This document shows, in pieces, positions 1 through 12,710 of a stretch of DNA of 64,000 bases. The stretch spans positions 23,808,001-23,872,000 of the forward strand of contig CM022673.1 in assembly GCA_012295275.1 (NCBI GenBank). Reading direction: 5' to 3'. This DNA comes from Chrysomallon squamiferum. Its lineage: Eukaryota > Animalia > Mollusca. The notes under the pieces were generated by a model. The model was not told the origin of the DNA. It made no database searches and was given only the letters and a program-made list of their open reading frames with translations. The translations under genes were made by a program, and so were the position numbers. Position 1 is the stretch's first letter. Each line of letters opens with the position of its first letter.

Positions 1-3000
1 AACTATTTGAAGAGGTGAGTTTTTATTTATTTTTAAAACTATAAATTTGATACCATTTTAATTTTGGTTGTCATCAGTGACTAAAATAATATTACCTTGC
101 TATATTTTGTATATTGTTAACATTTTAACGTTTCTACACTTTGATATTTCAGGCGTATCCACAGGAGAAACCATTTGCACAGAAAGACTACACCATTGAC
201 CCGCGACATCTTGTTCTCCTTCATGGCTTTCAGCTGCAAGGTTTAATGTTTCTCCATTAATTTACATTTTTACATTTTGTTTATTTTCAAATGTCATATT
301 CTACATTTTACTTCTCAGAAGTTTAAATTCTTTTATGTTTTCTCATTTACTCGGTGGACGAGCAACGTTTACTAACTGTATACAGTGTTATTAATTATTT
401 CTCACAGAACGCTCTCACACACCAACAGTGGAAGATGATAAACAAACAAACGAGTTGATAAAGCCTGGTCTGGGAGGTGAGTTTCTGTTTATTAAATCTG
501 GTTATTGATTTATTTTTATAATACAAGTTTAAAGTGTTGACTGTAATTGTCATTAATGATTAAACAGGTATATTGTAGGTGTCACTTAGTTAATAATCCT
601 TTCGCAAGAATGATAAGATAGTTATTTCTGATTTCAGGAACTGCAGCAGGTGGGGTAACAAGAACACACTCTCCAGCTCCTCCTGGTAGCTGTGATGGTC
701 AGTTCAAAGTACCTGGTCCAGCAACATCAGCTGTCCCTGCCCAGTCTAGTAAGTGTTTGGTTAATATGTAGTCATCTGACAAGTAAGTGTTTACTTTATA
801 TGTAGTCATCAGACAATTAAGTGTTTACTTTATATGTAGTCATCAGACAATTAAGTGTTTACTTTATATGTAGTCATCAGACAATTAAGTGTTTACTTTA
901 TATGTAGTCATCAGACAATTAAGTGTTTACTTTATATGTAGTCATCAGACAATTAAGTGTTTACTTTATATGTAGTCATCAGACAACAAAGTGTTTATTT
1001 AATATGTAGTCATCAGACAAGTAAGTGTTTTCTTTATATGTAGTCATTAGACAACAAAGTGTTTATTTAATATCTAGTCATCAGATAAGTAATTGTGTAT
1101 TTTATATGTAGTCACCAGATAAGTGTTTACTTAATTAATGTTATCAGTCAACTAAGTGTTTGTTTAATGTGAAGTCATCCATAAAATCGACTTAAATTCT
1201 AATCATAGCTCAATTAAGTGTTTAATCAATGTGTAATTATCATACAAATGCTTATTAATCTTCAGTCTAGTAAGTGTTTACTTAATCAGACAGTAAAATG
1301 TTTACTAAGTGTAATAAGCAGATAAGCAGATGTCTATGATATGTAGAATATTTTTTTTTTTTTTTTTTGTTATTTTAGATTTGGCAGCAATGCCTCAACA
1401 TCCATCTCCCCAAGGATTATCTCCCCTGAATCCTCAGTCACAGGCCTCTAATCCGTCAGTCGCCCCCACTCAGCTATCTCCCGGTCCCATGCAGCCACCC
1501 ATACAACAGGTGCGTCCTGTCATGTCACTGCCCTCTGGTGCAGCGATGCAGACACCAAATATTGTGACATCCATATCTGGCGGGATGACTGCAAACACAG
1601 GGCCACCGTTACGACAGGTATTACCTCTACAGGTAAAAATTATTGTCATATTTGAATATTTACTGAATAGTTACCTAATTAAAAAAAGATCTTGTATTAC
1701 AGCAAATTCATTTGTGTTACTGTAGAGTTAAAATCAGCAGTGTGACAAGTATAAGATCAATTGTTTTTTTTTTGTTTTTTTTACAGTTTAAAGTAGTTGT
1801 TATTAGCTTTCAAAATTGTTACAGTTTGTCTTTTACATTTTTATTTAATTATATATTCTAAATAAAAGACTGTCTTTCAGGGTATGGTGAAACAGGAACC
1901 TGTAAATGCAGGTAAGTTGAAAGGTTTAATTTTTTTTTTTTTTTTTTTTTTTTTTAATTAGTATTTTAATTAAATATTAACAAATATTTAAGTAAAAAAT
2001 TAACAAGTAAATACTGAATACTTAATAATAATATAACTTTCATTCTTTTATATGACACTGTCAATTTTTATTCTGAGAGTAAGTGGTGCTTTTTTATTTT
2101 ACTATAGAATGCTATGAACATTCATCTCAAATTCAGTAAACTTGAATTAAGTAGCTATTGTCTATGAAAGTGATGATATGCTTTCACAGGTTTTTTTTAT
2201 TTAAGAAAAACAACAAAAAAAAACCAACAACGACAAAAATATCGGCCAAAGACATAATTAACTTCCAAAAATAAAATATGCAAACTGTAAATAATTTAAT
2301 ATCCTGATTAAGATAACAAGTATACTGATAGCTATATTTATTAAAACAAAAAAGTATTTTTATTGCTTATACTGCAGTTATTGTTGTGGTTGTTAAGATG
2401 TGAAAGACATAAATATTAACAGGTCAGCAGAGGCCTATCATGTTGCCAAACCAGCGAATGACAAACCCAGTGAGCATCATGTCCCAGTCGGCAATAAGTC
2501 AGGGAGTGAGTGCTCCCAACATCATCATGCCTTCCCAGCCAAACATGATATCAGTGCCATCTGACCCTCTGACCAGCCAGCAGCAAACGGTCATCTCCGC
2601 ACAACAGAACATCCTTAACCCCAACATCCAGATCAGAGTGAGCCAGCCAGGGATGCAGACGTCCCAGCCAGTGATGGTTCAGGCTGACAACCAGTCGAGT
2701 CGAGTCACCCAACTGACCATGCCCATCCAGCCTACCCAGCCAGGTATCGGGCCAGGTCAGCAGTTCATTCAGAATCCTGCCACACAACCTCAAGTAGGAA
2801 TTCCAGGTCCTGGAGCACCGACCGTAGCAAACCCTGTAGTGTCCGGAACTGGAGATGCTGGGGCGGATCTGGCACAAAAAGCAATGCCCGCACAGACCAA
2901 GAAAATCATTTGGAGAGGTGAATTGATGTCAATGGGTTGAGTAATTTTCTTACAGATGTTGTTCAGTGTCTAACAGGTGAAGTGTCTGTAACAAAATAAT

Positions 3001-6000
3001 ACTTGATCTTGTTGTACTTTTACTTTTCTCACAGAGCTTTCAGTCAGCTGGCAAAATATAGCTTGCAATATTTAATACATGTTTTCCATTTACTTATTTT
3101 TTTAATAGAGATTTTTAATAATTTGTAAATGTTTTTTAAAACTGGTTACAAATTCTCTCATATCAATGTTACATTACAGAAAGAATTATGTCTTCTGTTT
3201 GAAATTTATTAAGGCATTTGATGTTAAAAAACTAAATCTGTTTATGATTGTTGTCATGGTGATTTTTTTCCTTTCTTACAGGAATGCTGGAATACCAGGA
3301 TAAAACAAAATCCCAAGGACTAAATCCCTTACCTCAGAAAAACACAAAAACTTTGAGTTGTTGTGTGTCTGTGAACACAACCACACAAGACTTGTATGTT
3401 TACAAATATCTTGTATATTGCTGCAAATTAGTCATTATAAAATGTCATTATAAACATTATAAATGTTATTACAAATACATTATCATGAATATAACATCAT
3501 TACAAACGTTTTGTTAAATATACCATTACAAATATTATAACAAATCGTATAACATCACTGTAGTAATATTATTTTTTTACAATAATATATTCCTTTTTTC
3601 TTTTTTTCTTAATATAATTATTGATTATTCCAGCAATGCTCACAACTGGCCAGAAAAACTCATCATGCAGCTGATGCCACAGGATATGCTTAATGAGTTG
3701 TCTCCCCTGTTTCGCAATTCGAAAACTGTAAATTTTCACTTCCAACAGACAGACATGGAGGCTTTGAGAAACTTGTATCGTATCATGGGTACTGGATTTG
3801 TAAGTCCTGTCAATACTTTTTAATGTTTTATTATATCTTTCAAAGAAGATTCAGTAATAATCATTTAATTATTTATTCTGTTTTCTGATTTACACTGTTA
3901 GTGATTTTTTCAAAAAAAGAATTTGTTATAAGATGTATGTTTTTCATTATTTTTATAAGTTAATTGAATATTTAATTTTAAATTCACAGAATAAGTAATT
4001 TTCTTTCATTTGTTGGTTAATATTATTTATACAACAGGTTCATAATATAAAATAGAAAATATTTCTACTGGTTAAAAAGGATTTTTACAGATTAAAAATG
4101 AAAATGAGTTGTTATTACAAATCTGAAAACTGCAACAAACCCCCCCCCCCAAAAAAAAACCCCAACTAAGTGTATGTCCAGTTACAGCAAATTTTGTTGT
4201 TGTTGTTATTTTATTATTATTATTACTACTACATGGTAGATTTTGAAAGGTTATTTTCTAGATATGTGTACTTAAATTTCCAGGCAGGCTGTGTACATTT
4301 TCCTCAGCCATCTCACTGTGAGGTGCGAGTGTTGTTGTTGTTGTTCAGCAACAAGAAGAAAGCTTTCCTTGGACTCATACCAAATGATCAGGGTGCCTTT
4401 GTACAAGGAATTAAACACATACTTACAAAACACAGAACAATAAGGGTTAGTACATATATTGGTTTGTCTGTGTTTCTGAACAAGAATTGAACACATATTT
4501 ACAAAACACAGAACAATTAGGTTTAGTACATACATTTGTCTGTCTGTGTGTACACGAATTAAACACATACTTACAAAACACACAACAAGAAGGGTTTAGT
4601 ACATACATTGGTTTGTCTGTGTTTCTGTACAAGAATTAAGCACATACTTACAAAACAAAAAACAATTAGGGTTAGTACATATATTTGTCTGTCTTACAAG
4701 AACTGAACACACTGATATTTTTCAGAGTATTTTTGTTTTAATTGTGGATAATTATAAGATTTTTTTGTTCTTGTTATAACTGCTGAAATTATAACACTTT
4801 TGTTTTAAATGTTGACAATTATAAGAGAATTTTATCTTAACTGTTGACAGTGACAACAGTATTTTTGTTTTAATTGTTGATAATTATCATTGTATTTTTG
4901 TTTTAATTGTTGGTAATGATATTAGTATTTTGTTTTAAATGTTGATAATGAAAACAGTATTTTTGTTTTAAATATTGATAATTGTGAGAGTATTTTTGTT
5001 TGTATCAGGGCATTCCCCAAGTGTCACAGCCAGTACAGACCCCAGCCCAGGTAAATTGTTAGTTTACATAACTTTTAATAATACATGAAGTAAAATACAA
5101 AACAAAAATAAAAATAATAAATTAATTTTGTTTATTATTGTAGAACTGTCACAAACTGAAACAAGGAAACATTTTTTGTAAAACAATTTTTAAAAGGATA
5201 CAATCAGTTCCATTTAGCTAAACAAACTTGTTGCCCAAACATTCTTTTTCGTATTGGATAATAGTAGTTTAAAACAAAAATTAAAATATATTAATTGAAA
5301 TGTTTTTATTTCAGAGCATACCCACTCAGGGGAATGTTCCTCTTCCGACAAATTCAATGACATCTGCTTCAAACATAGGCATGATGACATCACAGGTTAT
5401 TTATTTATTTTATTTTATTTATTTATTTGTTTGTTCATTTATTTATTTGTTTGTTTTTTTATTTGTTTGTTTTCTCTGGATATTTGTTCACATTAGCAGA
5501 TAGGGTAATTTCAGGTAATGTCTCATCACAAGAATTGTAATCATTATTCAAATATATTTCAACAGCTGGTTTTTTTTTAAATTTTCTGATGTATTTGTTT
5601 ATATGGTATCTGTATTTTACTACTTTGCATTGTTAATTTTTGTTTGTAATTAAAACAAAGAACACTTATTTTACAGGTGCCTTGTACTATGCCAATGACG
5701 AGCAATGCAGTACAGCAACCTGTTGTTTCTATGGCAACTGTAGGTCAAGAACAACCACAGGTAATTTTAACTAATAATTTTAAAAATAAATTTTCCTCTT
5801 TTATTTTCTCTTCCAAATAATTTTTATTTTTTTTAATTATATTATTTTTTTGTATTAAGAAAGTTTATTTGAATTACTTTCTCCACATCATAAAAACCCC
5901 CATAAATATGTATTAAAAAGTGTACAAATAAAATATTTTCATTCGTCAAAAAAAAGGTAAAAGAATTCTATACACCAGATGTTTTTTCAAAACTGTTTTA

Positions 6001-9000
6001 TTAACAAGTGTCATTGTAAATGCTATCCAGTATGACAGAAAATATATATCTGAAAATAAATACAATAAATTTAATCCCTGAAACTTCATTGCATTGAAAT
6101 CTCATACATTTTACAGAAAAATTTGCCTCTCACTTTAAGCTATGCATAAAGATAGTTTTTCCTTTGATGGTTCTCTACTTTTAAATACAGATTTTTTTGT
6201 ACCCAAAAAATAAAAAAAATAAAAATATTAACTTCAAATATAGTCCATCCTAAGAACATTTATGTGTGTTATTTTTATCTCTTATGTAACCATGGTGCTA
6301 ATCTTAGATATATTTTTTTCCAGTCAAGCGTTCCTGGAATCATGGTCAACCAACCAGCCAATTTGATTGGCAACCCCCAACACTCACAAAATGAGCGATT
6401 TGATCTACAGGTAATTTTAAATAAAATTATTATATTAATTAAAAAAATTCACAGAAAAATATCGACTGATATGGATAAAAAATCAATATTTTATTAATAT
6501 TTATTTATTTATTTGTGTGTTATTGCTATGCTTGAACAGAGTTTACCTTACAGCTTTTTCCCTTGAATCCTCAGTTACTTGTTGTCAAGAGGTTCTGTTA
6601 CCTGATGTGTGTTATCTTATTTTTTATTTTGTCAGCGAAAAATACAAAATCTTGAGCAGACTCTTCAGATGGCTAAGCAGAAAGAACTGAGGTTTCAACA
6701 AGTTGAACAACTGCAGGCACGAAATGCCATAGCAGCCAGACAGCAACAGCAGCAGCAACAACAACAGATGATGGGTATGTTTAATCTCTGCAGCACTGAC
6801 AGTTATAATATTTTAATAATTATAAATAATTTTTGTTGATTACTCATGAAATTATTAACTAAGAGATGCAGTGTTTGAATCAAGTAAAAAGCTTAAAATT
6901 TTGTTTCTGTAGTTAACATAATAATAACAAGTAAATTGTCATTTATAAGCTTTTTTTTAATTCTTATTTTATTAATTTTCAAACATTCTAATTATTCTAG
7001 CTAATCAGATGTGGCATGTATGATAGTTTATCAGTGTAATTAAATAAGTTTAGCAAAGTCAGCTACACTTCAGAGGTGAGCACCTTAAGCTTTAGGATCA
7101 AAGGTTGCCAAGTGAGAGGATGTTCAGACATTTAGTTGAAGAAACCCAGTGCCTGAGGGTTCACTGGACATAAACACAATTTCTGATTTGAAAAAAAAGA
7201 ATAAGAAAGATATAATCATCATTATTATGTTGAGTAATGTGGTAGATACACGTGTGTGTGTGTGTGTTTGTGTGTGTGTGTTTTAGTGGTGGATGGAATA
7301 GGAGATAACAATGATTGTTTTGTAACAACACATCTGTCCATTTGTAGAGGAGGTGTATTTTCCAGGCCCACCTCCACCTTCTCACATGTTTGCTGGTAGG
7401 TAACCATGGTAACATCCTGTATACATGGGCTTGGTGGTGTTTGCATCTACATTATGACCCTGTATTGTGGAAATTGGGATATTTTTTAACATAAATTCTG
7501 GACTCGAGCACAGTCACCCAATTTGTAATGCAGTACTTGAAAAACACAAATGATAATTACAGTTACTTCTTATTCTTTATTTTTTTTTTGGAAGATTTGT
7601 ACTCAAGAAAATTAAATTAAATCAGATAAATTTTAGTTTATGATACAGGGATGTGTATAATAAAGTATTTAACTAATATATTTTTCTGTAATAATTATGA
7701 GGGTTTTGGGGTGGTTTTTTTTAATAATTATATCTTTTACATCCATATTGTGTAAAGATTTAGTTTATTCATCAGTGTTTGAAATACAACAGTCCAGAAT
7801 TTATAAAGTACATTACTGTGTTGGGTTTATACAGTTTTAAAATTATCTTTATTTATTATTAATGTAATTATAATTTTTTTTTTCTTTCCTGTGTTTTGGG
7901 GAAGCTATAATGTCTGTCATTCATTGTGGTTTTGTAAACAGTCTCTGCTTTTTATGACATGCAGTTGTTGTCCATCCTTTAATTTATGTTTATAGAATCC
8001 TTGTAAATTTCCATAGCAGTACAGTCAGTATTTACAAGTTGTTTTTATATAAAATAATGTAGAATTTAGTCATTCAGTTATTTTCATGAAGATATTGTGT
8101 TGTTTACTTGAATGAATGTGTGTCTATATATACATATATATATTCTTAATTTGAAGTAAAAGTATCATTAAATTCAGACATTTATTTTACAGAAGATATT
8201 GATATACTGCAGATACTCATAACTTTAATATATATTTTCTTACAAAACTCTATCAAATAAAAATTTATATATTTCAAGTTACTGATTTTGTATCATTAAT
8301 ATTATTCTTAAATTTCTTATATATTTTAGAAAAACAAGGTATAAATGATTACAATTTAATATAATCTGTTTTAGCAAACCAAATTATGATTATTATTTTT
8401 GAGAAGATAATTATGAATTTTTATTTTATTTGATGATGATAGATTATGTTGAATGTTTTAAAATTTACAGTGACATTTTATACAAAATGTCTGGTTGTGG
8501 GAATTGGAACAACATTAACATTGTGCTTTGGGTTTTCCAAAATATATATTTGTTACTACTATATTTTTTAAACAATTTTATTAGCATGTATGGTGAAAGG
8601 AAATCTTTTCTTTTTCTAATTATTTTGTATTATGTCTTTTTTCTTTTTCTTTTTTTTCTTTTTTAACGTTTTTCTATTGTTTGTGATTATCACTGAATCA
8701 TTTATTAATTCACTTTGGTTACACAGGACTTTTTTGTCTCAAAGTAACTCTCATGAAGTTGTTTTTGGGTATACTTCAGAGTGATTGTTAAATTATTCTG
8801 ACACTGATAGACACTGTCAATATCTATCACTGTTTGATCCAAACTCAAAATACAGAGGTTAGATCACTCTGCCTGTATGTTATTTATTAACTAATCCTAA
8901 TTGATACCAGTATTGTTAAGGTCATTGTTAACCACAACAAACACAAGCAACATCTGCATGTCAGATATGAAAATCAATTTAAACACTAGTGAACTTTGAA

Positions 9001-10021
9001 AAAAAAAGAGAAAAAAATAAACTGTAAAAATAATTAGTTTTAAATATCTTTAAAATATTCTAATTTCAATATTTAAACTAGAATATCATTAACTTCATTT
9101 GAAAATAATTATTGAAAGTATGTACGGTAAGAAATTAAAATCTGTTTCCCCATGAAATTTCTCTTTACATGAAGTTTTTAATTTTGTTTTTAAATTAATA
9201 ATAAAATGAAATCAACATTGAATAACAGATGGGCTGAACAGGATTCAGTACTTTCTTTAAAAAAATTATATATGTTAAATAAATCATTTGTGTATACATG
9301 AGATATTCTTTTAATTTTTTTGATTTTTTGTTTTTTTTAATCTTTTTTTGTTTGTTTAATTCTTTGAACTAATAAGCATTGATTATAATAACTAATTGTG
9401 GTAAGTAACTATTAATCTATTATGAAAAAATATACTTAAAATAATAAGAGTTACATAAAGTAACAAACTGTTTACAAATATTTAAAACATTGTTTTTTTT
9501 CTGTCATTTTCTTTTAAGCAGCTCAGCAGCAACGACAACAGTTACAGCTGCAACAGCAAAGACTGCAGATGCAACAAGGTGTTCAGCAGCAGCAGCAGCA
9601 ACAGCAGCAGTTGCAACAGTTACTTCAAGTACAGGTACACACTATACTTTTTGTGTAATTTGAAACATTTTATTCCAATTTGTTTTAGTAATATTTATTT
9701 TGATTCCCTCTATTTGGTAAACACACGTGCATGTGGATGCACACACACACGCACGCACACAGAGCATGCTTATTCATATGACATATATTTGTTACATTTG
9801 TTTAATTTTACAACTAATATTTTCAGAGTGGAACACCAGGACAACAAGCTGCTCAGCAACAGCTCCACCAGCAGATAATGGTTCAACCTCAACAACAATC
9901 TCAGCACACAATACAGTCTTCCCAGCCAGGCATGATGGCTAACACAATACGACAAGGCATGCCTATACAGCAGCAAGGACAGAACTTCATAGACGACTTC
10001 AGTTTTAGTGATTTAATGTAG
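1..10021 (+). CDS. MED25: Mediator subunit 25, 5'-partial, multi-exon. Exons approx: <1-14, 153-240, 408-476, 638-748, 1379-1632, 1881-1911, 2423-2917, 3282-3393, 3634-3799, 4284-4445, 5009-5050, 5315-5395, 5677-5760, 6324-6410, 6636-6774, 9522-9634, 9827-10021
   Basis: GT-AG exons join in one frame. They give the end of the VWA domain (KDYTIDPRHLVLLHGF), a P/Q-rich linker, the ACID/PTOV domain (IIWRGMLEYQDK...WPEKLIMQLMPQ...GFAGCVHF...CEVRVLLLLFSNKKKAFLGLIPNDQGAFVQGIK), a polyQ tail and the acidic end FIDDFSFSDLM* (TAG 10019-10021). Confidence 0.95.
749..1320. repeat. 34-bp minisatellite starting at a MED25 splice donor
   Basis: Unit aagtgtttactttatatgtagtcatcagacaatt (copies at 785, 819, ...), decaying toward 1320. 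Confidence 0.95.
4404..4710. repeat. ~75-bp tandem repeat spanning a MED25 exon 3' end and donor
   Basis: About 4 copies of gaattaaacacatacttacaaaacacagaacaat-agg(g/t)ttagtacat...; the first copy is coding. Confidence 0.92.
4725..5005. repeat. Degenerate ~31-bp repeat ending at a MED25 acceptor
   Basis: Repeated gtatttttgttttaa(a/t)tgttgataat; the last copy forms the pyrimidine tract before AG 5007-5008. Confidence 0.8.
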
Positions 10022-10344
10022 CAGACAAATCAACATGATTTCCTTTAAACTCTACCATCACCAGACTGTATTTCTTTCATTTCATCAGCAGTACTATACT
10101 ATTGAAATTCTCACTGCAAACTGATTTAATCATAAATTCATGTACTTACCATAGATTTCTAGAACAAATTAAAACAAATAGATTTTCTTGCAATTACACA
10201 ACTTATATGAAATATTTCACCAGAGAAACTATTGTAACTGCTTAGTTACATAAATTCAACAATACATAAGAATATTGTGAACAGCCCGTCTGAAACAGCA
10301 TTATTATTATTTTACACACAAACACACGCAACCACATATTCATG

Positions 10345-10732
10345 CTGGGTGTCCCAACAGTCTGGCCTCCATATGAAAAGCATAAAGGTAACCCATAGGG
10401 ACTTTTCATTTTTTTAAATTTAGTTTTTAACTATTTATCAGTCACAATACATGTTCAAAATGATATCTATTTACTTCCATACATATTTCTAACGTTTTCA
10501 CTGTGAGACCTTTGCATGTTTCTAAACTGGAAGACTTTGATTTTATGGCTTCAAATTCTGTAGTTATCCTTTAGCACCAATAGTGTTCTATGATGCTTAT
10601 TATAAGCTGCTGATTTAGACACCATAATGGAATGATTTGAAAAATATTAAAACCAAATAATAAATCAGTTTTAAAGAGAAGTTTAGTGTTAACTATGTGT
10701 GGCCTATGGGACCAGACTTTTGGGACATTGTG
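10345..10732. mobile_element. Decayed Tc1/mariner-type MITE in the MED25 3' UTR region
   Basis: Imperfect terminal inverted repeats tgtcccaacagtctgg (10350) and ccagacttttgggaca (10712-10727); no ORF. Confidence 0.6.
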
Positions 10733-11531
10733 TGTGTGTGTATTTCAAAAATTATATTAATTTAATTCAGTACTATTCAAAATTTATTTGTCTGTTATAT
10801 TGTAATAATAATATACTGCGTTTAAATTTTAATTTCATGTTGTTTTGCTTGTTGAGTATTGTTACTTTTAAAGAATAACAAATCTTTTGTTGAAAAGTTG
10901 AAATGACAAATAATAAATGTTTTACAGTTTAATTTTGAATAATAATTTTGGGGATCATGTTATATTTGGAAGTTAAATAAACAACAGTTAAATATAGATT
11001 CTAAAAGTGCCTCAAGGTTTTCAGAAATCAAAGGGTTTTATTTGTTTTATATCAGCAATATTATATGAAATTGTTATACACTAACTAGATAAATTTATTT
11101 TATTATTATAACAATTTCATCCTATTGTAAGATTTGCTGTAATCATTTTTTAAACACTATAAAGATGAGTAAGTTCATTTATTATATTATTGTTATGAAG
11201 TAAATTAACTCTTGCCTTCCAATATTGGTGCCATTGTCAGAAATCAGTTTACTGTGTTATATTACACAAATATTTTATTTCATTTAGATTACCTACATTA
11301 AGGTACTGATGAAATGAAATTAAGTGAACTTCTTTGTCCAGTCCAGGTTTTAATTATTTTCAGAATAACTGAATAAATGGTATGTATGAATGGACAGTCA
11401 CTGGTTTTGTCAGTGTTGTAAAAACAATTAAAACTTCTTACATGTACATATTTGTCTGCTTTTATGTATTTGTATATATTCTGCAAGGAAGGTCAAGAAA
11501 TAATCTCATTGTTTTCAGTCATGTGAATGTA

Positions 11532-11567
11532 AATAAACATTGTTAAAGTTGTATGCTCAGCTTTATT
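11532..11567. terminator. Candidate facing polyadenylation signals of MED25 (+) and FBXO47 (-)
   Basis: AATAAA at 11532-11537 and TTTATT at 11562-11567, where base skew switches from T-rich to A-rich. Confidence 0.45.
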
Positions 11568-12710
11568 TATTTATTTTATACACTTTATAATTTGTTCTAA
11601 AAGTTTAAATATTTCTGCAAACTTAGGATACAGTCTATTAACAGGGGATTAGTGAAATTTGACATTTAGAAATGGATTAGGTCTTTAGGCAAACACTGGA
11701 AACAAACTAAATTTAATGAAAGAATAAAGATTTTTAATTTTTAATTATCATTTTAATAATTTTAAATAATTTAACAATATCACAGTAAATTTTTTGAAAT
11801 ATAGACTAGATTAACAATAAATGATAGTGAATGATAATGATTATGTCAGTATTAACATAAATTTAAGAAATGGGATGTTGACAAACACCTGCCATTAAAG
11901 TGGTGAACACTGAAAGAGTAACTGAAAAAAATTAGAAAAGATAATGTTTTAACATACACTGCAGTATCCTCTTCATTGTGCTCTATTCTGTGATATATGC
12001 TATCAGTTACACACAGCTCTTTTTAACAGTAACAACTGAATCATTTCTGATTTCTGATTTCTGATAAAATTACCATTTTTCTGATCTATTTCATAAAATA
12101 TTTTATAAATAAATAAATAACTAAATAAACCCTTCATTATTAAAGTTAAATAACTACCGGAAGACATTTCCAATTAATATGCCAGTGTGGATGTGAAAAA
12201 ACATAAGTTTAAATAATTGACAAGAAACAAGATTAATTCATTTATGAAACTGTCAAAAAGATAGTTCTTGAAATCAGCTCAAACTAACAGATGTGGACAA
12301 TTCTTAAAATCAAAATGATGGATGAACATGAACCAAGATTTTCTTTGACTGCCATACTCATTCATGTCATGCAGATACAGAATGTGACATCAGTGAAAAA
12401 AAATAACCGACTGCTTTAGAATAAATAGTAAGATGTAAACAGTTTCACAGATGTCTGCATTATTCTAATATAAATAATAATAATACCAACTGTTTCAGCT
12501 GTTAAGAACTTATGTTATGGAATTTTAAGAATTTACAAGACCTATCATTTGTCTTAAAGCTATCCCTTCAACTTGTATGAATCCGAAGTATTAGAACAGG
12601 GTGATATTTGAATAAGATCTAACAGAATTGTATTCACAGCTCTGGAATAAATACTTGTATAGTATGTTCTTGTCCAGCAATTTTTCTGTCTCTGTGTACA
12701 TATGTAAATC

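Noticed and set aside
2551-2877. 108-aa minus-strand ORF
   Set aside because: Antisense shadow of a GC-rich MED25 exon.
8400-9000. Possible intronic snoRNA or hairpins in the long MED25 intron
   Set aside because: Isolated TGATGA/CTGA motifs and short palindromes without terminal stems or a recognisable guide; expected by chance.
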